Counted from the whole stretch's first letter, positions 11,901-21,857 are shown. The stretch is 62,366 nucleotides of DNA, filler included, from 6 parts of 6 records of this genome joined end to end with filler, not necessarily neighbours in it, one strand, 5' to 3'. Program-made: numbers and translations. Notes: generated by a model from the sequence alone, not told the origin.

Positions 11901-14720
11901 GAAGGTTCCGACGGCATGGGGGCCGCAGATCTCGTAAAGTACATGGGGGATGGAGTTTCCGGAGGGACCGATCTGATTCTTGCAGAGGACGCCTCGGAGG
12001 AGCACAGAGCCCTCCACCAGCAGGTTATGGTCGCCCTCCTTACCATATGAGGACTTGAGGGCATTGGCGGCCTTGGCACCATAGATGCTGGGTTGGATGC
12101 TGGAGGTTCCACGTACGCTGAGTCCACGAGCACCACGATGCACTCCACTCACAAACTTCAAAATGGTGGAGAAGACTTGCTTTCCGGTGAACTTGGGGTT
12201 GGGGAGGAGGATGGCGGGGGTGGGGATGAGGGCAGCGAGGTCGGAGGTACCGGAGGTGATGGAGCCGAGGTAGGGTTGGAGGCCGGTGTAGACGAGCTGG
12301 ATGAAGGCGTCGGGAGTGAAGAAGGTGTCCTTGAGAGTAAGGTACACAGCGGAGGCTACGTGATCCTGAATAAGTCCGCGAATGGGCTTTCCGCTGGTGG
12401 GGGCAATGTAGTTCAAATTGGCATCCATAAGGGTTTCGAGCTCAGCACGGCACTCAAGGGTCTGAGGGACGTGGATGTTCATCTCGTCACCATCGAAATC
12501 AGCGTTGTAAGACTTGGCGTTGACGTAATGGAAACGGATGGTCTTGAGGCCACTGAGGACGCGGGCACGATAACCCTGCATGGAGGGCTTATGGAGAGTG
12601 GGCTGACGGTTAAACACAAGACGATCCCCAGTGATGACGTGACGGTACACAATAACAGTAGTATCGCCATTCTGGGCGAGGGCGAAGTACTTTGCGGCGG
12701 TCTTCTTGCGAGTGTCCTCAGTCGTGTTGAGATCAATCGTGATGACCTCGCCGGTGCTCTTACGGACCTCGATGTGAGAGGCTCCGGGGTAGATGCCGGG
12801 GCCGTTGATAGCGCACTTCTTGAGGAAGGCAGTACGAGCGGGGGAGTGGAAGGTGGCCTGCTCGGGGAAGGATAGATTACGTGCAAAGGGGCGGGGTAGA
12901 AGCACCTCATTGGGCTCGACAGTAAAGTCGGGGGAGATGACGGAGCGGCAGGCCTGGTTGACACGCTTACCCATCATGTGCATACGGAACAGACCCTCCT
13001 TCTTAGAGAAGGACTCCAGGACACCAGAGAAGGTCTCATTGACCTTGAGCTGCAAGTTACGTATGTTGCCCTCATTAGCGCGCTCCTGGTCCTTTGTGAG
13101 GCTAGGTGCAGAGTCACCGCCGGGAATCAGACCACCGTTCTCAGAAGCGGCGGCGATGAGGGCGGCTTGCTGGGACTTGAGGACATTGAATGCCTCGATC
13201 TGCTCAACGAAGCCAAGGATGTCTGACAGAGCACGGGTCTTATCGTCGGGGGAGATGTGACCGGTGGCGCTATCTGCTTCAACACCAGACTGGAGACGAA
13301 GTGGCAGGGGAGGAACGGGGAGTCGGTCAAGGAAGAAGACACGGAAGATCTTCTTGGTGGCAAGTCCACCCTCCATGGCGCTGTGGTGGTTGGGGTCAGT
13401 GATGGCCGCTGCGCTGTTCTGACGATCCACGCCACTGAAGGTGGGGGCTCCAAGGGAGGGGAACAGTAGTGCAAGGAGGGAGGCCTCGTTGGTGCAGAGC
13501 GCCTTGATGTGCTGACGAGCACGGCCGCTGCTGAAGTACGTCCTACGACGACCATGGAGAGCATTCTCCTCCTCCCACATCTTGACGTCGTCGGGGGAAA
13601 GAACCTTAGCGGTCTCCACATTGTGGGAGATGTAAGCCTTCTGGCCGAAGTGGAAGAAGTAGATGCTGTCCTTGGAGGTGATACGGGGGGAGATGGCATC
13701 ACAATGGGGGCAGTGAGCTCCGACACCCACAAGTCCAGATGAGAGATCCTTGAGGGCACGCTTGACGATGTCGTTACGAATATCGTAAGTGGCGGCATCA
13801 CGGCTAAGAACCTCACCAGTAGTGGTAGTAGAATCAGCAGTCTCAGCAAGGCCGGAGGCACGGGGGCCATTCTTACGGGTCTGCTGCTGGGCGGCGTTCA
13901 TCACGGCAGTAGGATCACGACCATACTTAATCAGGGTGTTTGAGACCCATCGGTGAAGGCCAGCGACGTCGGAAACAGACTCGGACATGGCGGGGGTAGT
14001 AGTGGCAGCAGTGGTGGTGGTAGTGGTGTTGTTGCCGTTCTCGACGACGGGGATGTGGCGAATGGTGGCCTTCTTTAGGGAACGCTCCTGGGTACGGCTA
14101 GGAGCAACGGAATCCAGAAGGTGTAGGCCCTCTCCGACAAGTCCAGCATCACAGAGGATGAGAGCGTAGCGGTAACGCTCAACATCAAAGGCGCTAGCAC
14201 GGAAGCGATGACAGAAGAAGCACTCTGCTTGAAGGAGCGTCTCAAGCTCCTGGCGCAGATGTGGGTTGTAGACGAACATACGCTCGGCGGCGAGGGCGGG
14301 GTCGAGGGGGTGTAGGCGGGGCATACTGATGATGCCAAGATGACCAGGGCAGCGACGGTTTCCATAGCGGCCATTGGGTCCTCCACCAGCACCAGTATCG
14401 GCTCCTCCAGCACCAGCAGCGGTACCACCCGAAAGGGCGGAGCAGGAGCTGCAAGACTGGATGGGGAAGCCACGGAAGTCGAAGTTTCCCATGCGGGTGT
14501 CCCAGAAGGTGGGGTATGCGACGCCCTTTCGCACTAGGGGCTTCCAAGGGGCACCACGGACCTCCTTTCCCACACGGGTCTTGATCTCAACAAAACCTTG
14601 ACGCTCCATATCCTCAGCAGAGAGGAGGGAGAGGGAGACGGCGACCTTCTCGTGGACGGTACCACGCATACGCATATCACCGCTGAACTCATCGAAGTTA
14701 AAACCAGTGATGAAGGACAT
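8976..14720 (-). CDS. RPA1: RNA polymerase I largest subunit, kinetoplastid type
   Basis: YNADFDGDEMN active site, CPGHLG zinc motif, KKEGLFRMHMMGKRVN, TAVKTSRSGHLQRCLIKGLE, EPSTQMTLNTFH; long acidic insertion typical of Pol I; no CTD heptads. Confidence 0.95.
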   Translation of the reverse strand: MSFITGFNFDEFSGDMRMRGTVHEKVAVSLSLLSAEDMERQGFVEIKTRVGKEVRGAPWKPLVRKGVAYPTFWDTRMGNFDFRGFPIQSCSSCSALSGGTAAGAGGADTGAGGGPNGRYGNRRCPGHLGIISMPRLHPLDPALAAERMFVYNPHLRQELETLLQAECFFCHRFRASAFDVERYRYALILCDAGLVGEGLHLLDSVAPSRTQERSLKKATIRHIPVVENGNNTTTTTTAATTTPAMSESVSDVAGLHRWVSNTLIKYGRDPTAVMNAAQQQTRKNGPRASGLAETADSTTTTGEVLSRDAATYDIRNDIVKRALKDLSSGLVGVGAHCPHCDAISPRITSKDSIYFFHFGQKAYISHNVETAKVLSPDDVKMWEEENALHGRRRTYFSSGRARQHIKALCTNEASLLALLFPSLGAPTFSGVDRQNSAAAITDPNHHSAMEGGLATKKIFRVFFLDRLPVPPLPLRLQSGVEADSATGHISPDDKTRALSDILGFVEQIEAFNVLKSQQAALIAAASENGGLIPGGDSAPSLTKDQERANEGNIRNLQLKVNETFSGVLESFSKKEGLFRMHMMGKRVNQACRSVISPDFTVEPNEVLLPRPFARNLSFPEQATFHSPARTAFLKKCAINGPGIYPGASHIEVRKSTGEVITIDLNTTEDTRKKTAAKYFALAQNGDTTVIVYRHVITGDRLVFNRQPTLHKPSMQGYRARVLSGLKTIRFHYVNAKSYNADFDGDEMNIHVPQTLECRAELETLMDANLNYIAPTSGKPIRGLIQDHVASAVYLTLKDTFFTPDAFIQLVYTGLQPYLGSITSGTSDLAALIPTPAILLPNPKFTGKQVFSTILKFVSGVHRGARGLSVRGTSSIQPSIYGAKAANALKSSYGKEGDHNLLVEGSVLLRGVLCKNQIGPSGNSIPHVLYEICGPHAVGTFFGAIGRVLTAFLQKEGFSMGMDDMILTQQDERLRQLDALDEIATVELADPNDEAAAMGLIMDRATKLQQEFVPSKLLMPFPVNQLVAMTQSGAKGSNTNAIQMALVLGQQLFDGRRVKRMNSGKTLPGFFTGDVRARSFGYAMGCFASGIRPPEYTIHAMAGRDGLIDTAVKTSRSGHLQRCLIKGLESLVVHWDSSVRDCNGSVVQFTYGGDGLDPMKSAMLQAHEITRTNLRDIGIKYRSECILEEVAREVQAERDAATAATPGNKRSQDDDDSLPSQLTTAGNPFLKAIADQAAQNPIPAHYKDSISRYLMNAAAQGDIRGIESLKKLYKMEQKGMDITEKMSEKQREWVDYLQFALEEITNRRRLRSAAEHGDPVGLLAAQAAGEPSTQMTLNTFHSAGSTVTHVTEGIPRLRELLIYASVQNGAVLVPVEKAGAKDFELIHEIMAAAVPCRLTDALAPLPAQSRMRYAVRRAPSGAMMDVDLVISSRLLKSLQARMHMSDGEHIESFVAALRKFAKTIVHQLRGRSNRSADGDEGGHPAGGRASIRRPVQDPADLEEGGAGNAAEEQDTDAFGYAGNKDDNDAEDSDDEAANLVGANQKSGSKKKPSDSSDSENDVSDIEDEATTTTKSNGTKRGNKRPRDMTDSDSEDDDGKKKAAAASDDDDEDAVPIAKALGAAATAIAKNQAAAAKARVMSHAAFHPFTSTFAGGKFRCTVAPMKIADWLTDIGNDASGASDETSLFVVRLGFDMPGSVINVLPDVLSKALEKVFFPTLLPQCGSAKWQPSTTDASSGELVFEGHGATVSNVVTLISSFSPDVGAHNPKHPIKIHRIMSTDINDMCESFGIEVGYATLFSELCKLFKRYAVDSRHLSLIADAATHRGVWENYNFTGIIARSSSPLFQMTFASSKKFLHTAVTRGVPDSLESISSAILVGEKPRVGTALVSIGHSDQAVNNMLEQAFASPVSAAAE

Positions 14721-15075
14721 TGTGATGGTGTTGTGGTGGGGTGAAAATAAAACCCTCTTTTACTACTAACTTCTTGTTGTTTTACCTGTTACTTTTTTTT
14801 ACGTCTTTAAAATGTGTTTTATGTTGACGGACTAAATTGTTGGATGTGTTAAAGTTACAAACTTAAGCACACAACAATATAAACGTCAGCGGGAGAGAAC
14901 TTACCTACTTTAAAAGAATGAATGAAGGGAACAGGAGGGGGGGAATATATTGTTGAACATCATTCATTCAAAAACATGAGGAGTAAAAACAAAACCAACA
15001 ACCAATCAAATTAAATGTATAATTAATATATAAATAGACGATAATTTACGTTATAACATACAACTATTTCGTGTT

Positions 15076-16827
15076 CTAGTAGCCACGTTGCCAGCAGGTG
15101 GTGGTCGTTGCAGTCCAGTTTTTAGGTGGGGTCAGGTTCGGAGGGGGGTTGGTGACAGTCCCCAGCGACTTGCACCCCACAAGGAAGGAGCCTGTCATGG
15201 ACGTAACACCCGCAAGTCCTGACAAGTCTACTTTCGTCAACATAGAGCAGTCTTTCAAAAAATGGAGAGGGAGCGCAGTGACATTTCCAAAACCTGAGAG
15301 GTCAACGTTGGTGAGTGATGTACATCCCTTGAGGAGGTCGCGTTGCAGAGATATCACACCTGTGAGTCCAGACAAGTCTACACTCACCAATCCTGTGCAG
15401 CTACACAGGAATAGTGTCTCGATCGATGCAACATTTCCCAACCCGTTAAAATCGAGTGAAGTGAGACCCTTGCAGCCGGCGAGGAAGGAACCAGATATAC
15501 CAGTCAGATTAGTAAGTCCCCCAAGCTTAATACACTTTAAGTTTTCCATTCCGGAAAGGAAACCGTGAGGGAGTGCTGTGACACTTCCAAGACCCCTACA
15601 ATCGATGGACGTCAATCCAGTACACCCGCCCAAAAACTTGGATCGTTGGGGAGACACTAAGTTCGTGACATTATCTAACCCTGTAAAATCGAGTGATGTC
15701 AACCCAGAGCACCCCTCGAGGAACTGTATAGAGAGTACCGTAACTTTACTGAAAGCTGCAAAGCTGATGGAGGGCAATCCAGTACAATTCTTTAAAAAAG
15801 AATGTTCAATGTTAGCTACATTCGTCATGCAGGTGAAGTCGATTGGGGTGATGAGCCCTGTGCAACCCTCGAGAAACGACCCCGGGATAGTCGTGATCTT
15901 GTTCCCAAGACCGTTGAGATTGATAGACGTGAGCCCCGTGCATCCCTTCAAGAATGCGTGTGAGATTGACTTGATATTGGACATACACGTGAAGTCAATA
16001 CTTTGTAATCCAGTGCACCCCTCCAAAAAATTACTGGTGATGGAGGAGACGTTTCGGAGACCTGAGAGGTCGATTGTTGGTGTTAATCCAGAGCAGTTAA
16101 TCAAGAAACAGCTCCAGATTCGATCAACATTCGACAGTGGCGATAAATCAACAGTGTTGAGCCGCGAGCACCCATCCAAAAAATTGTGAGATATTGATCT
16201 CACCTCGCTGAATGAGCTTAAGTTTACCTCGGTCACCCCAGAGCACCCACTCAAGAGGTTGTGAGCGATGCTACTAAAGGGGACTGCCGTACCCGAGTGA
16301 AGATCAATTCGCTTCAACTCTGTGCACTCCTTCAGAAACGATTTTGGTAGACAATCCACATTTGTAAAAACGGTTATGGTATGTATGGTGTTTAGGTGGC
16401 TTCTGCTGTTGTTTAGGTAGTTGCATATGTCCGCTGAGGACGGATGGGAGGAGGCTTCATAATACGAATCACGGGGTATCACCCTTACTATCACACTTAT
16501 ATAGGGATCATGGACATACTCATCCTCAACGGGAAGAAGAGAAGATTCAGAACTCATCATAACAGCTGCCTCGGCAGAAGTTTCATCACTTTTCGTCTTT
16601 GCAATTTCATCATCATTCTCAATATCTCGGATATCGACGTTTGTGAGAAGGATAGTGTGCTGGGGGTAGTTAGCACAGCTCCCCAGTGAGCGTCTAAGGC
16701 CGGAGTACCCAACACTACCCCCACAACACAGCAGGGCATGGTAGCGAGGCGTGGGTAGTATAGCAGCTACCCATGACAACATCAATACATTGGATTGCAT
16801 CAATATAATTAAATAATAATATCTCAA
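15076..16827 (-). CDS. BspA-like leucine-rich repeat protein (16 repeats of ~25 aa); true start may be downstream
   Basis: Repeated FLxGCxGLTSxDxxGLxNVTxI units counted in the translation. Confidence 0.85.
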   Translation of the reverse strand: MRYYYLIILMQSNVLMLSWVAAILPTPRYHALLCCGGSVGYSGLRRSLGSCANYPQHTILLTNVDIRDIENDDEIAKTKSDETSAEAAVMMSSESSLLPVEDEYVHDPYISVIVRVIPRDSYYEASSHPSSADICNYLNNSRSHLNTIHTITVFTNVDCLPKSFLKECTELKRIDLHSGTAVPFSSIAHNLLSGCSGVTEVNLSSFSEVRSISHNFLDGCSRLNTVDLSPLSNVDRIWSCFLINCSGLTPTIDLSGLRNVSSITSNFLEGCTGLQSIDFTCMSNIKSISHAFLKGCTGLTSINLNGLGNKITTIPGSFLEGCTGLITPIDFTCMTNVANIEHSFLKNCTGLPSISFAAFSKVTVLSIQFLEGCSGLTSLDFTGLDNVTNLVSPQRSKFLGGCTGLTSIDCRGLGSVTALPHGFLSGMENLKCIKLGGLTNLTGISGSFLAGCKGLTSLDFNGLGNVASIETLFLCSCTGLVSVDLSGLTGVISLQRDLLKGCTSLTNVDLSGFGNVTALPLHFLKDCSMLTKVDLSGLAGVTSMTGSFLVGCKSLGTVTNPPPNLTPPKNWTATTTTCWQRGY

Positions 16828-17680
16828 TTAAAGTCTTGCTTTCAACTTTTTTCAAGAAAGGAATAAAAGGGGGGGGGGGAGTATGAAAACATAATACAAA
16901 CAAAAGCAAAAATCTTCGTCACAATCGCTATTAAAATGGTACGGTTATAAATTGTTTGATACATATCTTTTTGGTGAGTGTCCGTGGTACAGTAGATGCT
17001 GTACAGTATTAGTATTTACGAACGATGGTAGAAGGTGTTGTAGTTTTAGTTTCGTACCAATTTTTTGATGTGGGGGCATTTGAATAAATATTTTCCTCAG
17101 AGAGAGAGAGTAGGGTCCTGGAACGTCTAAATAAACATGGAAGACATTTAACATTTCCTTCTTCACTTCAATAAGAAGATTACAATACAAAAAACAAACA
17201 CAACCTAAAAAGGGGTGGTACGAGCAGCAGGTATATATTTATAAAGGGGGGGAGGGGGGGGGGGGATGTGAGAAGAGATTTCCAACACAAAACAAAAACA
17301 CATATTATGTGTATGAGCGCTCGTAAGTGTCTGAAAATTGATATGTGAAATATATTTTTAATAAAGTGGGATTGCAATGCACTTTTCTACATTTTGGTAA
17401 ATACCAGAAAATTGTAGTAAAATATAGTACCGAATCCAACGAGACTAAAAACGCAATAAAAAAGTAATAAGACGCGATGCGCCGTGTGTGTGAACTCCCC
17501 CGTGTTGTTGTGTAGAGAGGTAATAAGAAGGAGTGATGTAGGAGCAAATCATCCCCCCTCCTGTTGCTGTGTGGCCACCGATTTGGCTTCCGACCACCGA
17601 TTTGGTGATACCTATTTTTTAAAAAAATGAGCGCATCACGTCCTTCCGTAAAGCAAATATATCTGGGTAGTAACGTGGGT

Positions 17681-18424
17681 TTACGAGGAGGCAGCCCCAC
17701 CGTGATGTTGGAGCTCCTCATCAACACTACCATCCAGTTCCCCCGCGACTACTACTCCTCCATCATCATTACTAACAAGATCGATGAGCTGAGTGTGGTT
17801 GGAAGCGACGGAGCCGGTTGTCAGGAGACTACCCATCGATCTCGACCTATTCTTGACTCCAAAGACACCAGTGCTGTTTCGGGTCATATCGACATCGAAC
17901 GTAGCAAATGTTGACTTTCTACTGTGGGTTGTTGGTACTAGCGGTGACATAAGCTGTGGAGGAGGATGCTGGTGATTGGCCAAGTTGTTGTTGTTGTTGT
18001 TGACATTTTCAGGGACATCAACCACCAAGGGCCCTCCAGATTCTCCACCTTCACCTCTAGAGTGAGCAGTGGTAGTAGTAGAAGGGATGGATGTGAGGAA
18101 GGCGTGCACAGAGGGGAGGGTCTGTTGCTCTTCAGTAGTGGCCGCAGATGCAACCTTTCTCCTCAGTGCAGGCGCAACACGCTGTGCTACGACTCTGAAA
18201 ATAATCTCCTCATCGTCTTCCTCATCGACGTCGTTGTCGTGTGTGTCTGAGTGCATGGAGCTCGCCGTGTCGTTGTCGTTGGTGGTGTTGCCGCCTACGG
18301 TAGCGAGCTGTAGGGACCCAAAGGTGGGCGACATCCCACTATTGTTACTATGACGCCGATCTCCTTCTTCTCCATACATATTGTGCCGGGAATTGTTGTT
18401 GTTGGTGTTGTTGGTGGGGTTTGG
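17681..18424 (-). CDS. C-terminal part of a low-complexity hypothetical protein, truncated by the contig end
   Basis: Frame stays open from ATG 18379 to the contig edge (PNPTNNTNNNNSRHN); same composition and strand as neighbours. Confidence 0.6.
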   Translation of the reverse strand, partial: PNPTNNTNNNNSRHNMYGEEGDRRHSNNSGMSPTFGSLQLATVGGNTTNDNDTASSMHSDTHDNDVDEEDDEEIIFRVVAQRVAPALRRKVASAATTEEQQTLPSVHAFLTSIPSTTTTAHSRGEGGESGGPLVVDVPENVNNNNNNLANHQHPPPQLMSPLVPTTHSRKSTFATFDVDMTRNSTGVFGVKNRSRSMGSLLTTGSVASNHTQLIDLVSNDDGGVVVAGELDGSVDEELQHHGGAASS

Positions 18425-18524
18425 NNNNNNNNNNNNNNNNNNNNNNNNNNNNNNNNNNNNNNNNNNNNTTAATTAATTAANNNNNNNNNNNNNNNNNNNN
18501 NNNNNNNNNNNNNNNNNNNNNNNN
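18425..18524. other. artificial contig spacer (44N-TTAATTAATTAA-44N)
   Basis: Identical 100-bp structure occurs five times; the 12-mer places stops in all six frames. Confidence 0.98.
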
Positions 18525-18945
18525 CGCCAACATGCTCTACGACCCGTCGCACTATGTGCTGCAATGCCTTGATTACATCGACAATATCGATATCTACAAA
18601 GACCGGATCAAAATGTTCCACGTCAAGGATGCCGAGTTCAACCCGACCGGGCGGCAGGGTGTCTATAGCGGTTATCAAAGCTGGGTCGACCGCGCAGGGC
18701 GGTTCCGTTCTCTGGGCGACGGACAGGTCGATTTTTCCGCGATCTTCTCCAAGATGGCGGCCAATGATTTCGACGGTTGGGCCGTAGTGGAGTGGGAATG
18801 CTGCCTGAAACACCCGGAAGACGGCGCGCGCGAAGGCGCACAATTCGTGCAGGATCACATTATCCGCGTGACAGAGCGCGCCTTTGACGATTTCGCCGGT
18901 TCCGGCACAGACGACGCCGCCAATCGCCGTATGCTCGGGCTTTGA
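18525..18945 (+). CDS. sugar phosphate isomerase/epimerase (xylose-isomerase-like TIM barrel), 5' truncated
   Basis: YDPSH, FHVKDAE, FRSLGDGQVDF, VVEWEC metal-ligand motifs. Confidence 0.85.
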
Positions 18946-18957
18946 GGGAGAAACACC

Positions 18958-20142
18958 ATGGCCATTGAAGGCAGAGACGAAATTCATTCCCGCCGTATCC
19001 GGTTCGGCATGGTCGGCGGCGGTTCAGGCGCGTTTATCGGTGGTGTGCACCGCATCGCCGCACGCCTTGACGATCGCTACCAGTTGGTCGCAGGCGCCTT
19101 GTCCTCAACACCGGAAAAGGCGCTGGCCTCAGGCAAAGAACTGGGACTCGACCCGGAGCGCACTTACGGGTCTTATGAGGAGATGGCGGAAAAGGAAGCC
19201 GCCCGTGACGACGGGATCGAGGCCGTTGCCATCGTCACACCCAACCACATGCACTTCGGACCGGCAAAGGCGTTTCTGGAAAAGGGCATCCATGTAATCT
19301 GCGATAAACCCATGACTGCTTCGCTTGACGATGCCAGGAAGCTGAAGACCATCGCCGACAAGGCCAATGCACTTTTCATCCTGACCCATAATTATACCGG
19401 CTATCCGATGATCCGGCAGGCGCGCGCGATGGTGGCCAATGGTGATCTCGGGCCGATACGGCTTATTCAGGCCGAGTATCCGCAGGACTGGCTGACAGAA
19501 CCGGTGGAGCGTGAGGGGTCAAAGCAGGCCGAATGGCGCACAGATCCGAAACGCTCCGGCGCCGGTGGTGCCATCGGCGATATCGGTACCCACGCCTTCA
19601 ACCTTCTCTCGTTTGTTTCCGGCGCAACGCTTGAAAGTCTCGCAGCAGACCTCGACAGCTTTGTCGAAGGCCGCCAGTTGGACGACAACGCCCATATGAT
19701 GCTGCGGTTCAAACAGAAAGATGGCGTCAGAGCCAAGGGAATGCTCTGGGCCAGCCAGGTTGCGCCCGGCAACGAAAACAGCCTCAAACTCCGCATTTAC
19801 GGCGCAAAAGGCGGGCTTGAATGGGAACAGGAACACCCGAACCAGCTTTGGTACACGCCGTTTGGCGAACCGAAACGGCTTTTAACCCGAAACGGCGCGG
19901 GAGCCGGGCCGGATGCAACCCGCGTTTCCCGCATTCCCGGAGGTCACCCGGAGGGCTATCTTGAGGGCTTTGCAAACATCTATTCTGATGCAGCACTTGC
20001 CATCCACGCCTTCCGCGAAGGCAAGACCGACCCGGATGCCATATACCCGACGATTGACGACGGTGTGGCAGGCCTTGCCTTCATCGATGCCTGCGTACGG
20101 TCTTCAGAACAGAACGGCGCGTGGGTCTCACCGGAAATCTGA
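18958..20142 (+). CDS. Gfo/Idh/MocA oxidoreductase
   Basis: GMVGGGSGAFIG Rossmann, IVTPNHMH, HVICDKP, GDIGTH; RBS GAGGGAG. Confidence 0.92.
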   Translation: MAIEGRDEIHSRRIRFGMVGGGSGAFIGGVHRIAARLDDRYQLVAGALSSTPEKALASGKELGLDPERTYGSYEEMAEKEAARDDGIEAVAIVTPNHMHFGPAKAFLEKGIHVICDKPMTASLDDARKLKTIADKANALFILTHNYTGYPMIRQARAMVANGDLGPIRLIQAEYPQDWLTEPVEREGSKQAEWRTDPKRSGAGGAIGDIGTHAFNLLSFVSGATLESLAADLDSFVEGRQLDDNAHMMLRFKQKDGVRAKGMLWASQVAPGNENSLKLRIYGAKGGLEWEQEHPNQLWYTPFGEPKRLLTRNGAGAGPDATRVSRIPGGHPEGYLEGFANIYSDAALAIHAFREGKTDPDAIYPTIDDGVAGLAFIDACVRSSEQNGAWVSPEI

Positions 20143-20170
20143 CGGTCGTCAGACTGTGACGTAATTCGGC

Positions 20171-20216
20171 AACGGCGCGAAACTGAAACACTGCAACGTT
20201 TCAGTTTCGCGCCGTT
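20171..20216. repeat. perfect 19-bp inverted repeat, 8-nt loop
   Basis: AACGGCGCGAAACTGAAAC-actgcaac-GTTTCAGTTTCGCGCCGTT, 29 bp after the oxidoreductase stop. Confidence 0.85.
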
Positions 20217-20455
20217 CACAGTATACAAAACCTTCCAACTGGCATAAAAGCCGATCCCGAAACGCCAGTGACGGCAGCACCGCAAACGCTAACCTGCCGG
20301 TGGTTTCTGTAATCACGCAAGACCGTTTCGGTCTTGCGGCGGCATTATGCCCCATCAACATATTGGCGACACACGATTTTGAGAGACTGAAAGGATGGCT
20401 CATCGGTTCATGGTGCCGGGCCTTCCCTTTCAGGACGGATAAAAGGAATTCCAGC

Positions 20456-21829
20456 ATGATTGATCCGAAGGTTCTTGCCGAACGCTTCCCGAAGGATTTT
20501 ATTTTCGGCACAGCCACGGCCTCTTATCAGATCGAGGGCGCCGCGCGTGAAGATGGCCGCAAACCCTCTATCTGGGATGCGTTCAGCCACATGCCGGGCC
20601 GGGTTTTCAATCGCGATACCGGTGATATCGCCTGCGATCACTACCACCGCTTTGAAGAAGACCTTGACCTTATGGCTTCCCTCGGCGTTGAAACCTATCG
20701 CTTTTCGATCGCCTGGCCGCGCATTATCCCCGACGGTCGCGGACCTGTTAATGAAGCAGGCCTCGACTTTTATGACCGTCTGATCGACGCCTGCAAGGCG
20801 CGCGGCATCAAGACCAATGCAACACTCTATCACTGGGATTTGCCGCTGACGCTTGCCGGTGATGGTGGCTGGACGGCGCGTTCAACAGCCTATGCGTTTC
20901 AGCGCTATGTTCAGACTGTGATGAAGCGTTTCGGCGACCGGCTGGATTTCGTCTCCACCTTCAACGAACCCTGGTGCGTGGTCTGGCTCAGCCATCTTTA
21001 TGGCATTCACGCGCCCGGCGAAAAATCCATCGAAGCATCGCTTGCCGCTTTACACACGGTCAATCTGGCTCATGGCCTTGGTGTTGAGGCTATCCGTCAG
21101 GAAGCGCCGGACGTTTCTGCCGGCATTGTTTGTAACCTGCAGGCTATCATTCCGGTCACCGACAGCGAGGCAGACAAGGCCGCCTGCGAGCGCGCCTTCC
21201 AGTTCAACAACGGCGCCTTCCTCGATCCGATCTTCAAAGGCCAGTATCCCGACGCCTTCATGGAGGCCTATTCCGATATCATGCCGGAAATCGAGGACGG
21301 CGATCTGAAACTGATCAGCCAACCGCTCGACTGGTGGGGGCTGAATTATTACAAGCCCGAGCGCTACACACATGACCCCGCCCCGGAGGCACGCTTTCCT
21401 GCGGTTATTGAAGGCCCTGCGGTCAACGATGTCTTCACCGATATCGGCTGGGAAGTGGATGCTACGGCTTTGAAAATGCTGGTCCACCAGATTTATGAAC
21501 GCTACGATCTTCCCGATATGTACATCACTGAAAACGGTGCCTGCTACAATATGGCCCCGGTTGATGGTGTCGTTGATGACCAGCCGCGCATCGAATACCT
21601 GTCGGAGCACCTCGCCGTTATTGCCGACCTGATTGAGGAAGGCCGTCCGGTGAAGGGCTATTATGCCTGGAGCCTGATGGATAATTTCGAATGGGCGGAA
21701 GGCTACAACATGCGTTTCGGCCTCATTTACGTCGATTACGAAACGCAGGAACGTACGGTCAAAAGTTCCGGTAAATGGTTCAAAGCGCTTGCCGAAGAGT
21801 TTCTCAACAAGGACGTGGAAAGCGACTGA
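20456..21829 (+). CDS. GH1 beta-glucosidase
   Basis: FGTATASYQIEGA, TFNEP acid/base, YITENG nucleophile, WSLMDNFEW; start ATG 20456 after AAGGA. Confidence 0.95.
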   Translation: MIDPKVLAERFPKDFIFGTATASYQIEGAAREDGRKPSIWDAFSHMPGRVFNRDTGDIACDHYHRFEEDLDLMASLGVETYRFSIAWPRIIPDGRGPVNEAGLDFYDRLIDACKARGIKTNATLYHWDLPLTLAGDGGWTARSTAYAFQRYVQTVMKRFGDRLDFVSTFNEPWCVVWLSHLYGIHAPGEKSIEASLAALHTVNLAHGLGVEAIRQEAPDVSAGIVCNLQAIIPVTDSEADKAACERAFQFNNGAFLDPIFKGQYPDAFMEAYSDIMPEIEDGDLKLISQPLDWWGLNYYKPERYTHDPAPEARFPAVIEGPAVNDVFTDIGWEVDATALKMLVHQIYERYDLPDMYITENGACYNMAPVDGVVDDQPRIEYLSEHLAVIADLIEEGRPVKGYYAWSLMDNFEWAEGYNMRFGLIYVDYETQERTVKSSGKWFKALAEEFLNKDVESD

Positions 21830-21857
21830 ACGGTGTTTCCCTTTCGGTTCTGATTTC

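Noticed and set aside
10326-12875. Long plus-strand ORFs (486 aa, 260 aa) opposite RPA1, and similar antisense ORFs over bacterial genes
   Set aside because: Shadow frames from codon bias and high GC; no motifs and full overlap with well-supported genes
425-14720. Reassigned stop codons as in Blastocrithidia
   Set aside because: Multi-kb ORFs are uninterrupted in the standard code and end in TAG or TAA
15076-16400. LRR gene as a DNA repeat array or diversity-generating target
   Set aside because: Repeats are diverged at the DNA level and explained by protein periodicity; no reverse transcriptase or template repeat seen
18469-18480. TTAATTAATTAA as a recurring biological motif or att site
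   Set aside because: Always centred in 44+44 N; it is a six-frame stop linker, and ORFs ending in LIN are artefacts
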